Under the pieces are notes generated by a model that worked only from the letters and a program-made list of their open reading frames with translations, had not been told where the DNA came from and made no database searches. The translations under genes and the position numbers were made by a program. Source: Eledone cirrhosa (taxonomy: Eukaryota). From it: 64,000 nt of DNA. The stretch spans positions 9,046 through 73,045 of the forward strand of contig CAXHJY010001403.1 of the NCBI GenBank assembly GCA_964016885.1, in the 5' to 3' direction. Shown piece after piece: positions 25,367-36,996 of this stretch (positions are counted from its first letter, which is position 1; every line of letters starts with the position of its first letter).

Positions 25367-25733
25367 TATAAAGAAAAAGGGATGAAATCGAAAATGCAAC
25401 TGAAGTCTTATTTTTTTTTAAAATATATATATTTATTTGGTTCCTTTACCGGTTTCGCAGTTCTTCTGCTTTTCAAAAGGTGAGTTGAGATGGAGGGTCT
25501 GTGGTTTTTCTCACATCTGAGGTGTGAGAAAAACCACAGACCCTCCATCTCAACTGACCTTTAGAAAAGCAGAAGAACTGCGAAACCGGTAAAGGAACCA
25601 AATAAATATATATATTTTTAAAAAAAATAAGACTTCAGTTGCATTTTCGATTTCATCCCTTTTTCTTTATACTTCCACTCGTGTAGGACACCTCGGTTAT
25701 TTTTCATTTTGTAAAAAAACCCTCACTTTCTAA
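25367..25733. mobile_element. Family E foldback element: ~149-bp arms, 7-nt spacer, one hammerhead per arm, 60-bp 3' extension
   Basis: 25367-25515 is the near-perfect reverse complement of 25523-25671. Confidence 0.9.
25443..25480 (-). ncRNA. Minimal type I hammerhead, family E, U3-A8 core (mirror copy at 25558-25595 has TAGAAAA)
   Basis: Reverse complement reads CCTT-TTGAAAA-GCAG-AAGAA-CTGC-GAAAC-CG-GTA-AAGG. Confidence 0.82.
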
Positions 25734-25783
25734 TATATATATATATATATATATTCATATATATACATACATATATATATATA

Positions 25784-25860
<77 letters not shown>

Positions 25861-25919
25861 CACATATATATATGTATATATATATACATATATATATATA
25901 TGTATATATATATATACAC

Positions 25920-25953
<34 letters not shown>

Positions 25954-26011
25954 GTAGATGTATATATGTATATATATATGTATATATATATACACATATA
26001 TATATATATAA

Positions 26012-26057
<46 letters not shown>

Positions 26058-26058
26058 G

Positions 26059-26093
<35 letters not shown>

Positions 26094-26339
26094 GTATATA
26101 TATGTATATATATATATGTATATATATATGTATATATATGTATATATATATATGTATATATAAATATGTATATATGTATATATATATGTATATATAAATA
26201 TACATATATATACATATATATGTATATATATATGTATATATAAATATATATATATATGTATATATATATGTATATATATATATATAAATATATATATGTA
26301 TATATATATATATGTATATATATGTATATATATATATAG

Positions 26340-26730
26340 GTAGATCTCACACAATGCAGCCTCGGCAGATGAGTACTGCTTGATTATGGCTGACAGCTGA
26401 TGAAACAAAGGTACCATAGTAAAAACTAATATATGGAACATTATATTATGTAACATTATTTTAATTTATATTCAATTGAGTTCCGATGAGCCACTCTGTT
26501 TTTTTAAATTTGTTAATTATTTTCAACTGAACCAGATCAGTTATGATACATAGTCTTCTGATCCAGAAATATTATACGGAGTAGCGAAACAATTGTAAAC
26601 GGGCATTATTATTATTAATATTATTATTATTATTATTCTCTACATTCCTTACATCAAACTAAATATGTTGACAGTCTTTTAATAATGTCTTCCTTGTGAA
26701 ATTTGTGGTTTTGTTTTGCTTAACTAATGA

Positions 26731-26732
<2 letters not shown>
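26340..26732 (+). mobile_element. Family F pLTR-like element with a hammerhead at 26480-26600 (CCGATGA core, ~80-nt loop II)
   Basis: GTT-CCGATGA-GCCACTC...GAGTAGC-GAAAC-AATT-GTA-AAC; homologous to the reverse complement of 49756-50108. Confidence 0.75.
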
Positions 26733-26803
<71 letters not shown>

Positions 26804-26841
26804 GAAAGATTTGAATGGATACAGTTTAGTTGAAAGGAATT

Positions 26842-26960
26842 TATTGACACGTGTTTCTATAACAGTTACATAACCTGAAAACGGCTGCTATCTACAAAGT
26901 TTTAGTTATGCAGACATTCAATATTTCAATGTTATTATTTACTGTCATTTCATCAGAATA
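26842..26960 (-). ncRNA. Type I hammerhead (family G) in the PLE 3' terminal region, long loop II
   Basis: Reverse complement reads TATT-CTGATGA-A-ATGACAGT...ACTGTTAT-A-GAAAC-ACGT-GTC-AATA. Confidence 0.8.
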
Positions 26961-27530
26961 ATATTACTGAGGACCTATTTTGGTTTTTATAGAGAATATT
27001 AGGAGGGAGGGGTGAAGTTGTTAGAAGAATAGTTGAGGGAGTGGTTTTTTGATAGCAGTGAGAATTTTTGGTGGCAGTGAGTGATTAGATTCCCATCTGT
27101 TGTTTTGACATTTTTATAGAATATATTATTGGTTATTTTTCTAAATTTATAGAAGGATTAGAGATAGTAAAGATATGCGTGGTTGGTTTTGTGTTTGCAC
27201 TTAATTTACATTCAGACTTAAATTTTTCTTTCAAGTGTACGTATCCTTTCACCCACGCATTCACACACAAATATATTTGCACACCTCTACAAAATACATA
27301 TACTCACATTCACATATTCATACTTACATACATATACACATGTATACATATATATATATATATATACACACATGTATTCATGTACATACATACGCGTTCA
27401 TGTGTATACATTTTCATACTCAACTTATCTTTATATACACACGTATAGACACACACATATATACATACATACTCTAGTCTATGTGTACACATATACACAT
27501 ACATACACATCCATACATATATATATATAT

Positions 27531-27599
<69 letters not shown>

Positions 27600-27867
27600 C
27601 ACTTTAATACATGAATACACTTACATCTAACTATACACATCAAACATATATATATATTTACTTATTTATATACATTTTCACATATATATACATACTTATG
27701 GACGTTTTTAGACACATTCATTATCGCATATTTGCACCTATTCTCATCAGCATATCTTTCCATTATTAGTGTGGTAATTTAAGGTTATTAATATATGTTG
27801 AGAAGAGATTGTTTTTATATTTTTCTAACTAGATTAAGGTTTATATAGTTGGGGGGATGTCCCTCTT

Positions 27868-29379
27868 TTATGTAATATTCGGCTTGTAGTGGGAAAAAAG
27901 GGTTTTAGTTCTGTGACGGCAGAATAATGTTCGTTCAATTCTGTTATTCAGCAATTTCTTCTTGTGTGTGATTATGTAATAAATCTCAAGATTACACAAT
28001 TTGCAGAAATTTTGGCTCCTGGAAAAGCTTTGGGTTTTAGCTAATTTCTCCCATTTTAGGGTAAACTTTTGATCGCTATCCCTGAGCGTCCAGGCTTTTT
28101 CTGCTAAAGTTGTTGCATTTCTTTGGCTCTGGTGTTTTATTGAGTAAGAATGCCTATATAATCGAGATTTAAACGATGTTGCCGTTGATCCCACGTAATA
28201 CCACTCGTTGCCTCCGGATTTAATGGTACACTTATAAATAATATTTTTTTCCAGGCAGTTATTGCCGAGGGGGCAGTTGTCAGGATAGGTGCAGTTACAG
28301 TTGTGTACGTTGGGTTTTCTCTGGAGTAGTATTGCGGACGAACTTAGGTGTGGTTTATTTATGTTCTGTAGTGTATTGTCTACTGTTTTTTTTGTGTTCT
28401 TTGTACTTAAGTTCTTAGTGTTTTCGTTTAACCTTCTAGTATTGATCTTTTTTATGTGTTGTTCAAGGTTTAACGCTGTAGAGTATGACAGTCTTATAGT
28501 GGTAGGGTTTAGGATTTTGTGGTATTTGTGTGATGTAGGAAAATGTCTCTTAATTATTTTAAAGAAGAGTACTGGTAAATTTGTACTAATGGAACTATTG
28601 TATTCGGGGTTATACCATAAGTACTCTTTGCATCGCTTTCTATTAGTTTTGTTTGTTGGTTTACTGGTGTGCATACTATGGTAGTAAGTGTGGTTTGGTG
28701 TTGTGTTATTATATCTACCCATGTGGGATTTATTTTGGGTGTTTTGATTGTTCCCATCTATATACTCTATTTTGTTGAGGTAGCCTGCTTTACTAAGGGC
28801 GTTATCGTAGTACTTGGCGTGTTCCTTAAATACTTGTATGTTAGAAGATAGACCTGAGATTCTAAGGGAAATATGTTTAGGGATAGATTTAATTATAGAG
28901 ATGGGGTGGTTAGAGCCAACATTTACGTATTTGAGATTTTCATTCAATTTATGAAACGGTTTAATCAAACCAGAGTTTAAATTGAGTGTGACATCCAGGA
29001 AGTTAACTACTTTAAGGTTGTATTCATATGTTATAGTTAGTCCTATTTCGAGTAGTAGTTTTCTTATATCTTTGCGTAGTTTTTCTAGTTTTTGGTTATT
29101 TAGGTTTTTAACTAGGAGGAGAACATCGTCGCGGTATATTCCGCCGTGGAAATTGCTGAATTTTTCCTGGAGTCTAAAGGCGATAAATAACCCCACAATA
29201 TCAGTTATTTCCGCCGAATCGTTAGAGCCCATTGTTATGTCAAAGTTAGAGGGTCTATCTTTACGTACCCAATAACTGTTCTCAAATTTGACTATAGTTT
29301 TCCTAGCTTCTAATATAATCTTAATTTCATCGTTTGTAAGGTCAGAGTTATCCTTAGCAAACTTAATGGCTCTATTCAA
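27868..29379 (-). pseudogene. C-terminal 503 aa of the PLE RT/GIY-YIG protein (N-terminal part frameshifted, extending to about 30105)
   Basis: Motifs listed for the enclosing element. Confidence 0.88.
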
Positions 29380-30147
29380 AGTTTCAGGTGATATCGATGA
29401 GTAATATTCATCGATATCAAACTGGATAAACTTAGATTTATTCTTATTGCTAATGCTATTAAACCATCTTATTGCTTCTTGGGTCTTCCCACAGAGTTTA
29501 ATGTCAACCTTAGCCTTAATTTGGGGGATGATTCTATCTCAGATATATTTGCTTATTTTACCTATATCTGATTTAGAGGGGCAGATTAATCTAATTTTAG
29601 GGTCATTATCAAAGTTTACCTTATGGTCCTTAAGATTGAAGGTGGGTACCGCCGGTAAGAGTGGTCCTGTCCTATCTTCGATTCCGAGATTTTTCACTAT
29701 TTCGCATGCCTCATCATTGATGTGCTTAAGAGTTACCTCATTCGTTTTTCTATATTTTTTATGTAATTCTTTTCGAATGAAGTTGTTGTATGTAGTGCAA
29801 TCCATAGTATACAGGTTTGATGTTTTGTCCGCTTTTACTACAATTCCTTTGGTGTTTTTAAGGTCGTCCAGTAGTTTTTTTAATATCTTTCTGTAATTTG
29901 CTGTTGGTGTTGCGTCCTTTGAATTTAATTTTAAGGATTAGGTTCATAAGGTCCTGCTCAAATGCATCTAATAGTGGGTTGGTGGGTGGGTTTTTACAAG
30001 TCCTAAAACCGAAATTGTTGTTTACACCACTTTCTAATGTTGAGTTGATACGGCTTCTATCATAGTGGAGCGTTTTCCACCTGACACGTCGAATGAATTC
30101 ATTAGTCTACTGTGTGTAATATTTATATTACAACACAACGGAAAATA

Positions 30148-30204
<57 letters not shown>

Positions 30205-30209
<5 letters not shown>

Positions 30210-30918
30210 AAGGTTTAGTAAATAATGAAAAAGTTTCAAAATAAATTTTAAAAAATTGACTTTACCTACTATAGTTACCTTTACCGATCGGTTTCGAATC
30301 CCAAAAATAAAACGTAGGCCATACGGCCCTCGTTGCAAAGAGAGATTCTCGTCAGAAGGTTCTTTTCATTCAAAGAATATAAAATTCCTGAATTTAAATC
30401 ACAAACTAGCGCTATCAAAGACTGTTCCTGGGATGAGAGTGGATGATGTAGAACAGGTTTATCAAGGGCCGTAGTAAAGATAGAGGCAAAAGGAGGTAGG
30501 TCGAACTAGCCACCGCTGTTATCAGCAGCAGTCGGAATGACCCGGTTTGTTCTCAACGTATGTGGAGGTAGTAGTAATATGAAATACGTCCTTTCACGCA
30601 CAAGGCGCCAAGGTACGCATGTATTGTCCAACCAAGTGCCAGTGTGGTTCAATGGCGGGTTAATAAATTAACGAGCCAGAACAAATATAAACAAGGTTTA
30701 GTAAATAATGAAAAAGTTTCAAAATAAATTTAAAAAAATTGACTTTACCTACTATAGTTACCTTTACCGATCGGTTTCGAATCCCAAAAATAAAACGTAG
30801 GCCATACGGCCCTCGTTGCAAAGAGAGATTCTCGTCAGAAGGTTCTTTTCATTCAAAGAATATAAAATTCCTGAATTTAAATCACAAACTAGCGCTATCA
30901 AAGACTGTTCCTGGGATG
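30205..30918 (-). mobile_element. Family H HHR element: 483-bp unit with a ~230-bp terminal direct repeat
   Basis: 30205-30436 repeats at 30688-30918 (ORF starts 30256 and 30739); flanked by (TA)n. Confidence 0.9.
30277..30360 (-). ncRNA. Type I hammerhead, family H, intact; identical copy at 30760-30843
   Basis: Reverse complement reads ACCTT-CTGACGA-GAATC...GATTC-GAAAC-CGATCG-GTA-AAGGT. Confidence 0.87.
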
Positions 30919-30939
30919 ATATGTATATATAAATATATG

Positions 30940-31020
<81 letters not shown>

Positions 31021-31323
31021 GTATATATATATGTATATATATATGTATATATATGTATATATATGTATATATATATATATGTATATATATATGTATATAT
31101 ATGTATATATATGTATATATATATATATATATGTATATAAATATATGTATATATATATGTATATAAATATATATATATATATATATATGTATATAAATAT
31201 ATGTATATATATATGTATATATATATATAAATATATGTATATATATATGTATATATATATATAAATATATGTATATATATATATAAATATATGTATATAT
31301 ATATATATGTATATATATATAAA

Positions 31324-31363
<40 letters not shown>

Positions 31364-31421
31364 TTTATATATATATACATATGTATATATATGTATATAT
31401 ATATATATATATACATATATT

Positions 31422-31473
<52 letters not shown>

Positions 31474-31513
31474 CATATGTATATATATGTATATATATAT
31501 ATATACATATATT

Positions 31514-31545
<32 letters not shown>

Positions 31546-31550
31546 CATAC

Positions 31551-31585
<35 letters not shown>

Positions 31586-31607
31586 CATATATTTATATAT
31601 ATACATA

Positions 31608-31675
<68 letters not shown>

Positions 31676-31679
<4 letters not shown>

Positions 31680-31978
31680 AATAATGGAACTGCGGCGTTG
31701 CAAATGGGTTACATATGAAGAAGTAAGTCCTTCGTCAGTGGCCTTCCAACCGTCCTAGGCATTTCATCACTTTAAAGGCCATATGCCTCAGGTTGATGCG
31801 AACAACGGCTAAAAAAAGTCGTTGGGACACGTAAATAAAGGGGACGCTAGGGTGAACAAACAAAATGGTTTAAGCAACAGAAAGTGAGAAGAAAGATACA
31901 TATATATATATATATACATATATATATTCATTAGTTAAGCAAAACAAAACCACAAAGCAAAACAAAACAAAACCACAT
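31676..31978. repeat. Unclassified ~300-bp module within (TA)n, second copy at 38599-38906; ends with a family F terminal piece
   Basis: ATGATAATAATGGA(A/G)CTGCGGCGTTGC...GAGAAGAAAGATAC occurs at both sites, followed by TTCATTAGTTAAGCAAAACAAAACCACAAA (reverse complement of 26702-26731). Confidence 0.85.
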
Positions 31979-32027
31979 ATACACATATATGTATATATAT
32001 ATATACATATATGTATATATATATATC

Positions 32028-32170
32028 TGTTAGAACACGAAAAGTGTGAAACAACAGAATGTTCACTTTTCGTGTTCTAACATATATGCCTAGCTTCTTC
32101 ATAAATTTTTCGGGGATAGCCGTGGTGGTGGTGATCGTATGTCATTGGCTAATTTTCAACCAATCAGAGT
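32028..32170. repeat. Short foldback fragment (19-bp inverted repeat) between TA tracts
   Basis: TGTTAGAACACGAAAAGTG ... CACTTTTCGTGTTCTAACA. Confidence 0.7.
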
Positions 32171-32176
32171 AAGTGT

Positions 32177-32239
<63 letters not shown>

Positions 32240-32769
32240 TATATATATATATTTATACTATTCCCCCTCTCTCTATATATATCTTACGCTTTCGCTTTAC
32301 ACTCCTCCCCTTCAATAACACATTTCCCCCTCTCTATATATCTCTTCCACTGTTACTTACGCCTGTTTCTCTCTATCTGTTCCGTCTCTATATATATCTC
32401 TCTTACTCTTTCGCTTTGCACTCCTCCCCTTCAATACCATCTCTCCCCCTCTCTATATATTTGTTACTCTATCGCTGCACGCTCCTCTCCTTCAATATAT
32501 CAATTACACACGCTTTACACTCCTTTATCCCCAGCGCCCCTATATATACACCCCCCTCCCGCATCTATATTTTAATGTTCCATTGCACCGTGAATATATG
32601 TGTCTATATATATATATACATATATATTGTATATACACATTCATGTATGTGTATACACACTCATGTATGCATATAGACTGGTTTTATGTGTGTATTGTAA
32701 ATTTGTACTGTTAAAACACGAAACTAACATTCGATTGACACTTTGATTACCTGTACAGGCAATAGTTAT

Positions 32770-32815
32770 TAGAATGCTGTTGAAGTGTGTATATATTTTT
32801 GGGGGACATCCTGTA
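32770..32815 (-). mobile_element. Possible Tc1/mariner-type terminal inverted repeat end
   Basis: Reverse complement TA-CAGGATGTCCCCCAAAA resembles mariner CAGGGTGTCCC ends; no partner end found. Confidence 0.4.
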
Positions 32816-32929
32816 TATACACACATTATATATAATACAATAAACAGATAAATACACACATATATATATGAGCTTATTTAATTATAAATATTGTGAATTT
32901 TTAACTCAGTTCAATTATATATATAAATG

Positions 32930-32973
32930 GCTTCTACAGGACTAGAACTGTTTCATTCGAAAGAAATCATCAT
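32930..32973 (-). ncRNA. Degenerate family D hammerhead
   Basis: Reverse complement reads ATGATGA-TTTCTTTCGAAT-GAAACAGTTCTAGTCCTGTA-GAAGC; the 5' strand of helix I is lost. Confidence 0.55.
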
Positions 32974-33620
32974 AATATTGAGAGGGGGGACTAGATAAAA
33001 TATTTCAAATCAAATGTGTATAAGTTATAAGTTAAAATGTATAAATAGAGACGATAGTGGAGGTATATCTGTTTAGTGGAATAGTAGACGATAGAATTAA
33101 ATACAGACGAGAATCTCCCTTTAATGAAACAGCAGACGATAGAATTAAGGCAATTTAAATTTTAAACATTTGCATTTTTGCCTTTCATCGTTACGGGATC
33201 GATAAAATAAAGTACCAGTAATACACTGTCACTATAAGTAGACGACTTTCAAATTGAATTGTTGGTTCCATTTCTTTAGTATTTTCAATTGTAGTTATCT
33301 ACTTAAAAAGCGTTACACGGTTAGAGACATAATTCGTAAGTTATATCTTCCCTATTAAACCATTGCATTATTTCGCCTACAATAGAACAAAAATGAAATG
33401 TTCTTTAAAGAAACAGGAATATAACTTTATAAAAAAAAAAAGTTGCATCCGCTTCTTTTATCATTGATAATTTTTTCGTTTTAATATTAATTGTTTTTTG
33501 TAGTTGTTTATATTAAAAATCTTACTGTAATATTTACTTAAACGAAGGCAGACATCTAAACTTATAGATTAATCTTGAGCGAAGGACTAGATAAATCTCT
33601 CTCTCTCTCTCTCTCTCTCA

Positions 33621-33905
33621 ACGAAGAATGATAACATTTCAAGCAAAGAGTTTAATTAGGTAATGACTTACAAATTTGTTTCAGTATATCTTTAATATAA
33701 TATTATTAACTAATTATTATAATTAGCGCTTCAGGCTTTGTCTATATACTGAAACAAATTTGTAAGTCATTACCTAATTAAACTCTTTGCTTGAAATTTT
33801 ATCACTCTTCGTTTTGAATTTCTCCTAAGTATTCAATACTCTGTTGAGAAATACATTTTACATAAACAGTCTTTGTACCATTTATACGGTATTAATTACT
33901 TATAT
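33621..33905. mobile_element. Foldback pLTR-like fragment: ~68-bp inverted arms carrying the 3' half of a hammerhead
   Basis: 33621-33689 is the reverse complement of about 33744-33812; GAAAC-AAATTT-GTA has a palindromic helix III; ends in (TA)n. Confidence 0.7.
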
Positions 33906-33962
33906 TTATATATATATATATATATATAGCGTATGATTAGAACTGTGTTTATTATTAATATT

Positions 33963-34152
33963 TGGTGAATTGGCAGTATCGGTAGAGGGTTGGACGCCAT
34001 GCTTTGACGCATAGAGTTACGGCCCTTGCCATTCTGAGTTCAAATCCCGCCAAGGTTAACTTTGCCTTTCATCCTTATGGGGTCGATAAAATAAAGTACC
34101 AGTAATGTACTGGATAATTGCTGGCCTTGTGCCAAAAGTAGAAACAATTATT
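33963..34152 (+). mobile_element. Meta-domain tRNA SINE (fragment also at 33172-33226)
   Basis: Same sequence as the reverse complement of 13580-13765. Confidence 0.88.
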
Positions 34153-34204
34153 AATATTTTAATGGATTTAATGAAAAATTTTAGGTGTTCATATATATAT
34201 TCTA

Positions 34205-34263
34205 AAAATGCGCGAAATCGTGAATCCGCGATAGTTGAACCGCCAAGTAGCGAGGTATCACTG
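34205..34263 (-). mobile_element. Possible Tigger/pogo-like DNA transposon end
   Basis: Reverse complement TA-CAGTGATACCTCGCTAC...; solitary end. Confidence 0.45.
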
Positions 34264-34291
34264 TATATATGTTTAAATATATAGTGTAGCT

Positions 34292-34756
34292 GTGATGTAT
34301 CTCGCGAGTGAATCGAGACCTGTCACTGATTTTGGTGTCCCCACTGCCGATGTGAATGAGCAACGCTGCACTTGTGAATTGGGTCTTGATGTTGCAGGCA
34401 GTTCATATACTTACAATGATGCGGTCCCACAAGCTTGTTCACATTCCTGTGCTAATAATCTAGATGGGCGTATTAAATTGGATGTGAAAGCAGCTTACCG
34501 GATGCGGAATCGGGAGAAGTTGAGACAAAAACAGGCCGATTATAGAGCTGTGAATTTTGCTAAATTAACACAAAAACAGGCCAAGTATAGATGTTCAAAA
34601 CGGTATGAGTTGGCAAACAAGCAGGCCAAGTATAGATCTGCAAATTCAGCTATTATATCTCAAAAGCAAGCCGAGCGTAGAGCTTCTAAACGTACCGAGT
34701 TGGCTAAAGAGCAGACCAAGTACAGATCTGCAAATATCTTATTGCACAAACAATAA
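34292..34756 (+). CDS. Hypothetical ORF with basic 15-aa repeats (YRxxNxxxLxxKQAx), probably a transposon-protein remnant
   Basis: Five to six in-frame 15-aa repeats; no recognisable catalytic motif; followed by a SINE. Confidence 0.4.
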   Translation: MMYLASESRPVTDFGVPTADVNEQRCTCELGLDVAGSSYTYNDAVPQACSHSCANNLDGRIKLDVKAAYRMRNREKLRQKQADYRAVNFAKLTQKQAKYRCSKRYELANKQAKYRSANSAIISQKQAERRASKRTELAKEQTKYRSANILLHKQ

Positions 34757-34782
34757 TTCTGCACAAATGTTGCTCCATTATT

Positions 34783-34962
34783 TTGGCAGTATTGGTAGAG
34801 GGTCGGATGCCATGCTTTCCAGCATAGTTACGTCCCTTTACGATCTGAGTTCAAATCCTGCCGAGGTTGACTTTGCCTTTCATCCTTACGGGGTAGATAA
34901 AATAAAGTACCAGTAATGCACTGGGTAATTGCTGGCCTTGTGCCTAAAGTAGAAACAATTAT
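34783..34962 (+). mobile_element. Meta-domain tRNA SINE
   Basis: B-box and Meta core as in the other copies. Confidence 0.87.
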
Positions 34963-35147
34963 TAGATCTAATGTTGCAACGATACAGTTAAATGTTGTCT
35001 GTGTATTTAAAAAAAGATTTGCTTATAATCTTTTCAAATTTCATTACGCCAATGATTCAAGCTCAAATTGACATTATCTAAAAAATTGTACAAACAGCGG
35101 TGGATTAGCAGTAGTGAACAGATAAATCAGTCAATTTATTAAGATTG

Positions 35148-35801
35148 ACTTGGCATCAATCAGCAAGACCTTCATTAGCTGCTCTCCAGCCATCTATTTA
35201 AAGCTGTATACATCTATGGTACGAATACACTTGGAGTTTGCGTCATCAGTCTGGAACCCCTATCTTGCTCAGAACATTGACCTCCTGGAAACTGTTCAGA
35301 GACATGCAACCAAGCGCATACCCTCCATCAGACACCTACCATACCCTGAATATTTTGCTTCCCTCTGGCAATGGACTTGGTAAACACCCACAAAGTTATT
35401 AACCATCCGACCAACAACAACCCCGAACACCTTTTTGATCTCCATGTGTTTAACACGTGGACATGCCTACAAAGTCAGAAAACAACACAGCTCCCATGAC
35501 TTTAGGAAATATTTCTTCATGCTCAGAGTTGCTGAAGGATGGAACAAACTTCCTGCATCAGTTGTTAGCTGATGACACACTGCATCCTTTAAAACCATCA
35601 TACATTCCGAAATACACCAAAACTACACCTGATGTCCCCCTTCCATACACATGCACATATGTGTATATCATGACTCATGCACTGTTCTTTTTTCCTGACG
35701 TTTTTATATTACCCTATGTATTATATATGCACTTTTGATGAGTTGTAGTGCACCTCAGCATTGTACACAATATTTTCATTATTATTATCATTATTATTAT
35801 T
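35148..35801 (+). mobile_element. Decayed 3' end of a CR1-group LINE (family 3) with (ATT)n tail
   Basis: LYTSMVRIHLEFASSVWNPY..LETVQRHATK peptide; ATTATTATT tail at 35778-35801. Confidence 0.85.
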
Positions 35802-36270
35802 ACACTCATTGATCCATTTTGCACTAACTCTGCATCAAGCACCCTCACCTAAATATTAACCAATCAAGGATCCAATACAGCTATCTGTTGGATGAGTATT
35901 GTATAGTGCCAAAAACGAAACCAATCAGTTTAGCAGAAAGTTTCCAGACAAGAAACACGCATATTTTGCTATCCTCAAACACGTTTACACATGGCATGAA
36001 ATATAACTAATCCGAGATGGCTAGGTTTCATCTTCTAATTGGATATACGAAATCCATTATGTCTTGACAACAACATGAGGTAACATTATGTTATTCACAG
36101 ACACACTTTGTACACTGTTCCATATCAGAATGTATTTCCTTCGTCACATTCACAAACAGTATTGAAAATATGTTCTTCGGCAAATAAAAATGTTTTGTTC
36201 ATAATATTTCAACTAGCGATTGCTCTACTCCACGCACGACCACCATAAATTAATGACCAGCTCAACACAA

Positions 36271-36442
36271 GTATTGGTAGAGCGTCAGACACCATGCTTT
36301 GCAGTATTGTTATGGTCCTTTGCATTCTAAGTTCAAATCCTGCCGAGGTTAACTTCGACTTTCATACTTACTAATTCGATAAAATAAAGTACCAGTAATG
36401 GACTGCCGTAATGGATTTGTGCCGAAAAATAGAAACACTATT
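36271..36442 (+). mobile_element. Diverged Meta-domain SINE
   Basis: AGTTCAAATCCTGCCGAGGTTAAC...CGATAAAATAAAGTACCAG. Confidence 0.75.
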
Positions 36443-36996
36443 AATGTGCAATAAGAGCAAAATATAACGACATTGCTCAATTATTTTATCTAATGTTGTA
36501 ATAACACAAGGAAATGTTGTTTGTGTATTTTTTTTTATATTTGCTCATAGGCTTTTACAATTTCGCTCAGCCAACAAATATTAAAAAGTGAGTTGCTTAA
36601 GATAACAATTTAATCACAAATTGTTGCTATCTTTTAATACACTCCAACAAGTCATCAAATTATGTACAATAAAAACAAATCTTATTAATTTGCTCAGGGA
36701 ATATAAAGAAAATGTATATACACTGATAATTGCAATTGTATGTAAATATTTTGTTTTTGTATTGTTTATTTTATGTTTTCTATTATGTATAATATATTGA
36801 TTTAATATTGATTGTTTTTTGTAGTTGTTTATATTAAAAGTCTGAAAATATTTTTATACATCTTACACTAATATTTATAAGATAATTTATAATAACAATT
36901 ACATAATCTAATTACATTACAACGATAATTTATTATTAATATATATCCTGTTTAACTAGAGTTATTACAAGCGTTGCCTTAAAAAAATATTAAACT

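Larger units (their letters stand above)
26803..30110 (-). mobile_element. Penelope-like retroelement (tentatively Nematis-type): RT + GIY-YIG, ~1-kb 3' UTR and pLTR hammerhead
   Basis: ORF 27868-29379 has FDITMGSNDSAEITDIVG, IYRDD, FLDVTL, SNHP, CNC..CPLGNNC, IIYKCTI..YYVGST, CKLCNLE and LLN..CRHR. Upstream frameshifted pieces include LKDHK..RLICPSKSDIGKISK and FIRRVRWK (about 30075-30100). Confidence 0.93.

Noticed and set aside
31725-31790. Hammerhead or HDV-like call for the CTGACGA motif
   Set aside because: No GAAA after the putative helix II, and no convincing HDV P1/P3/L3 arrangement by eye.
35830-36260. Possible coding sequence in a unique-looking stretch
   Set aside because: Only short frames with no recognisable motif.
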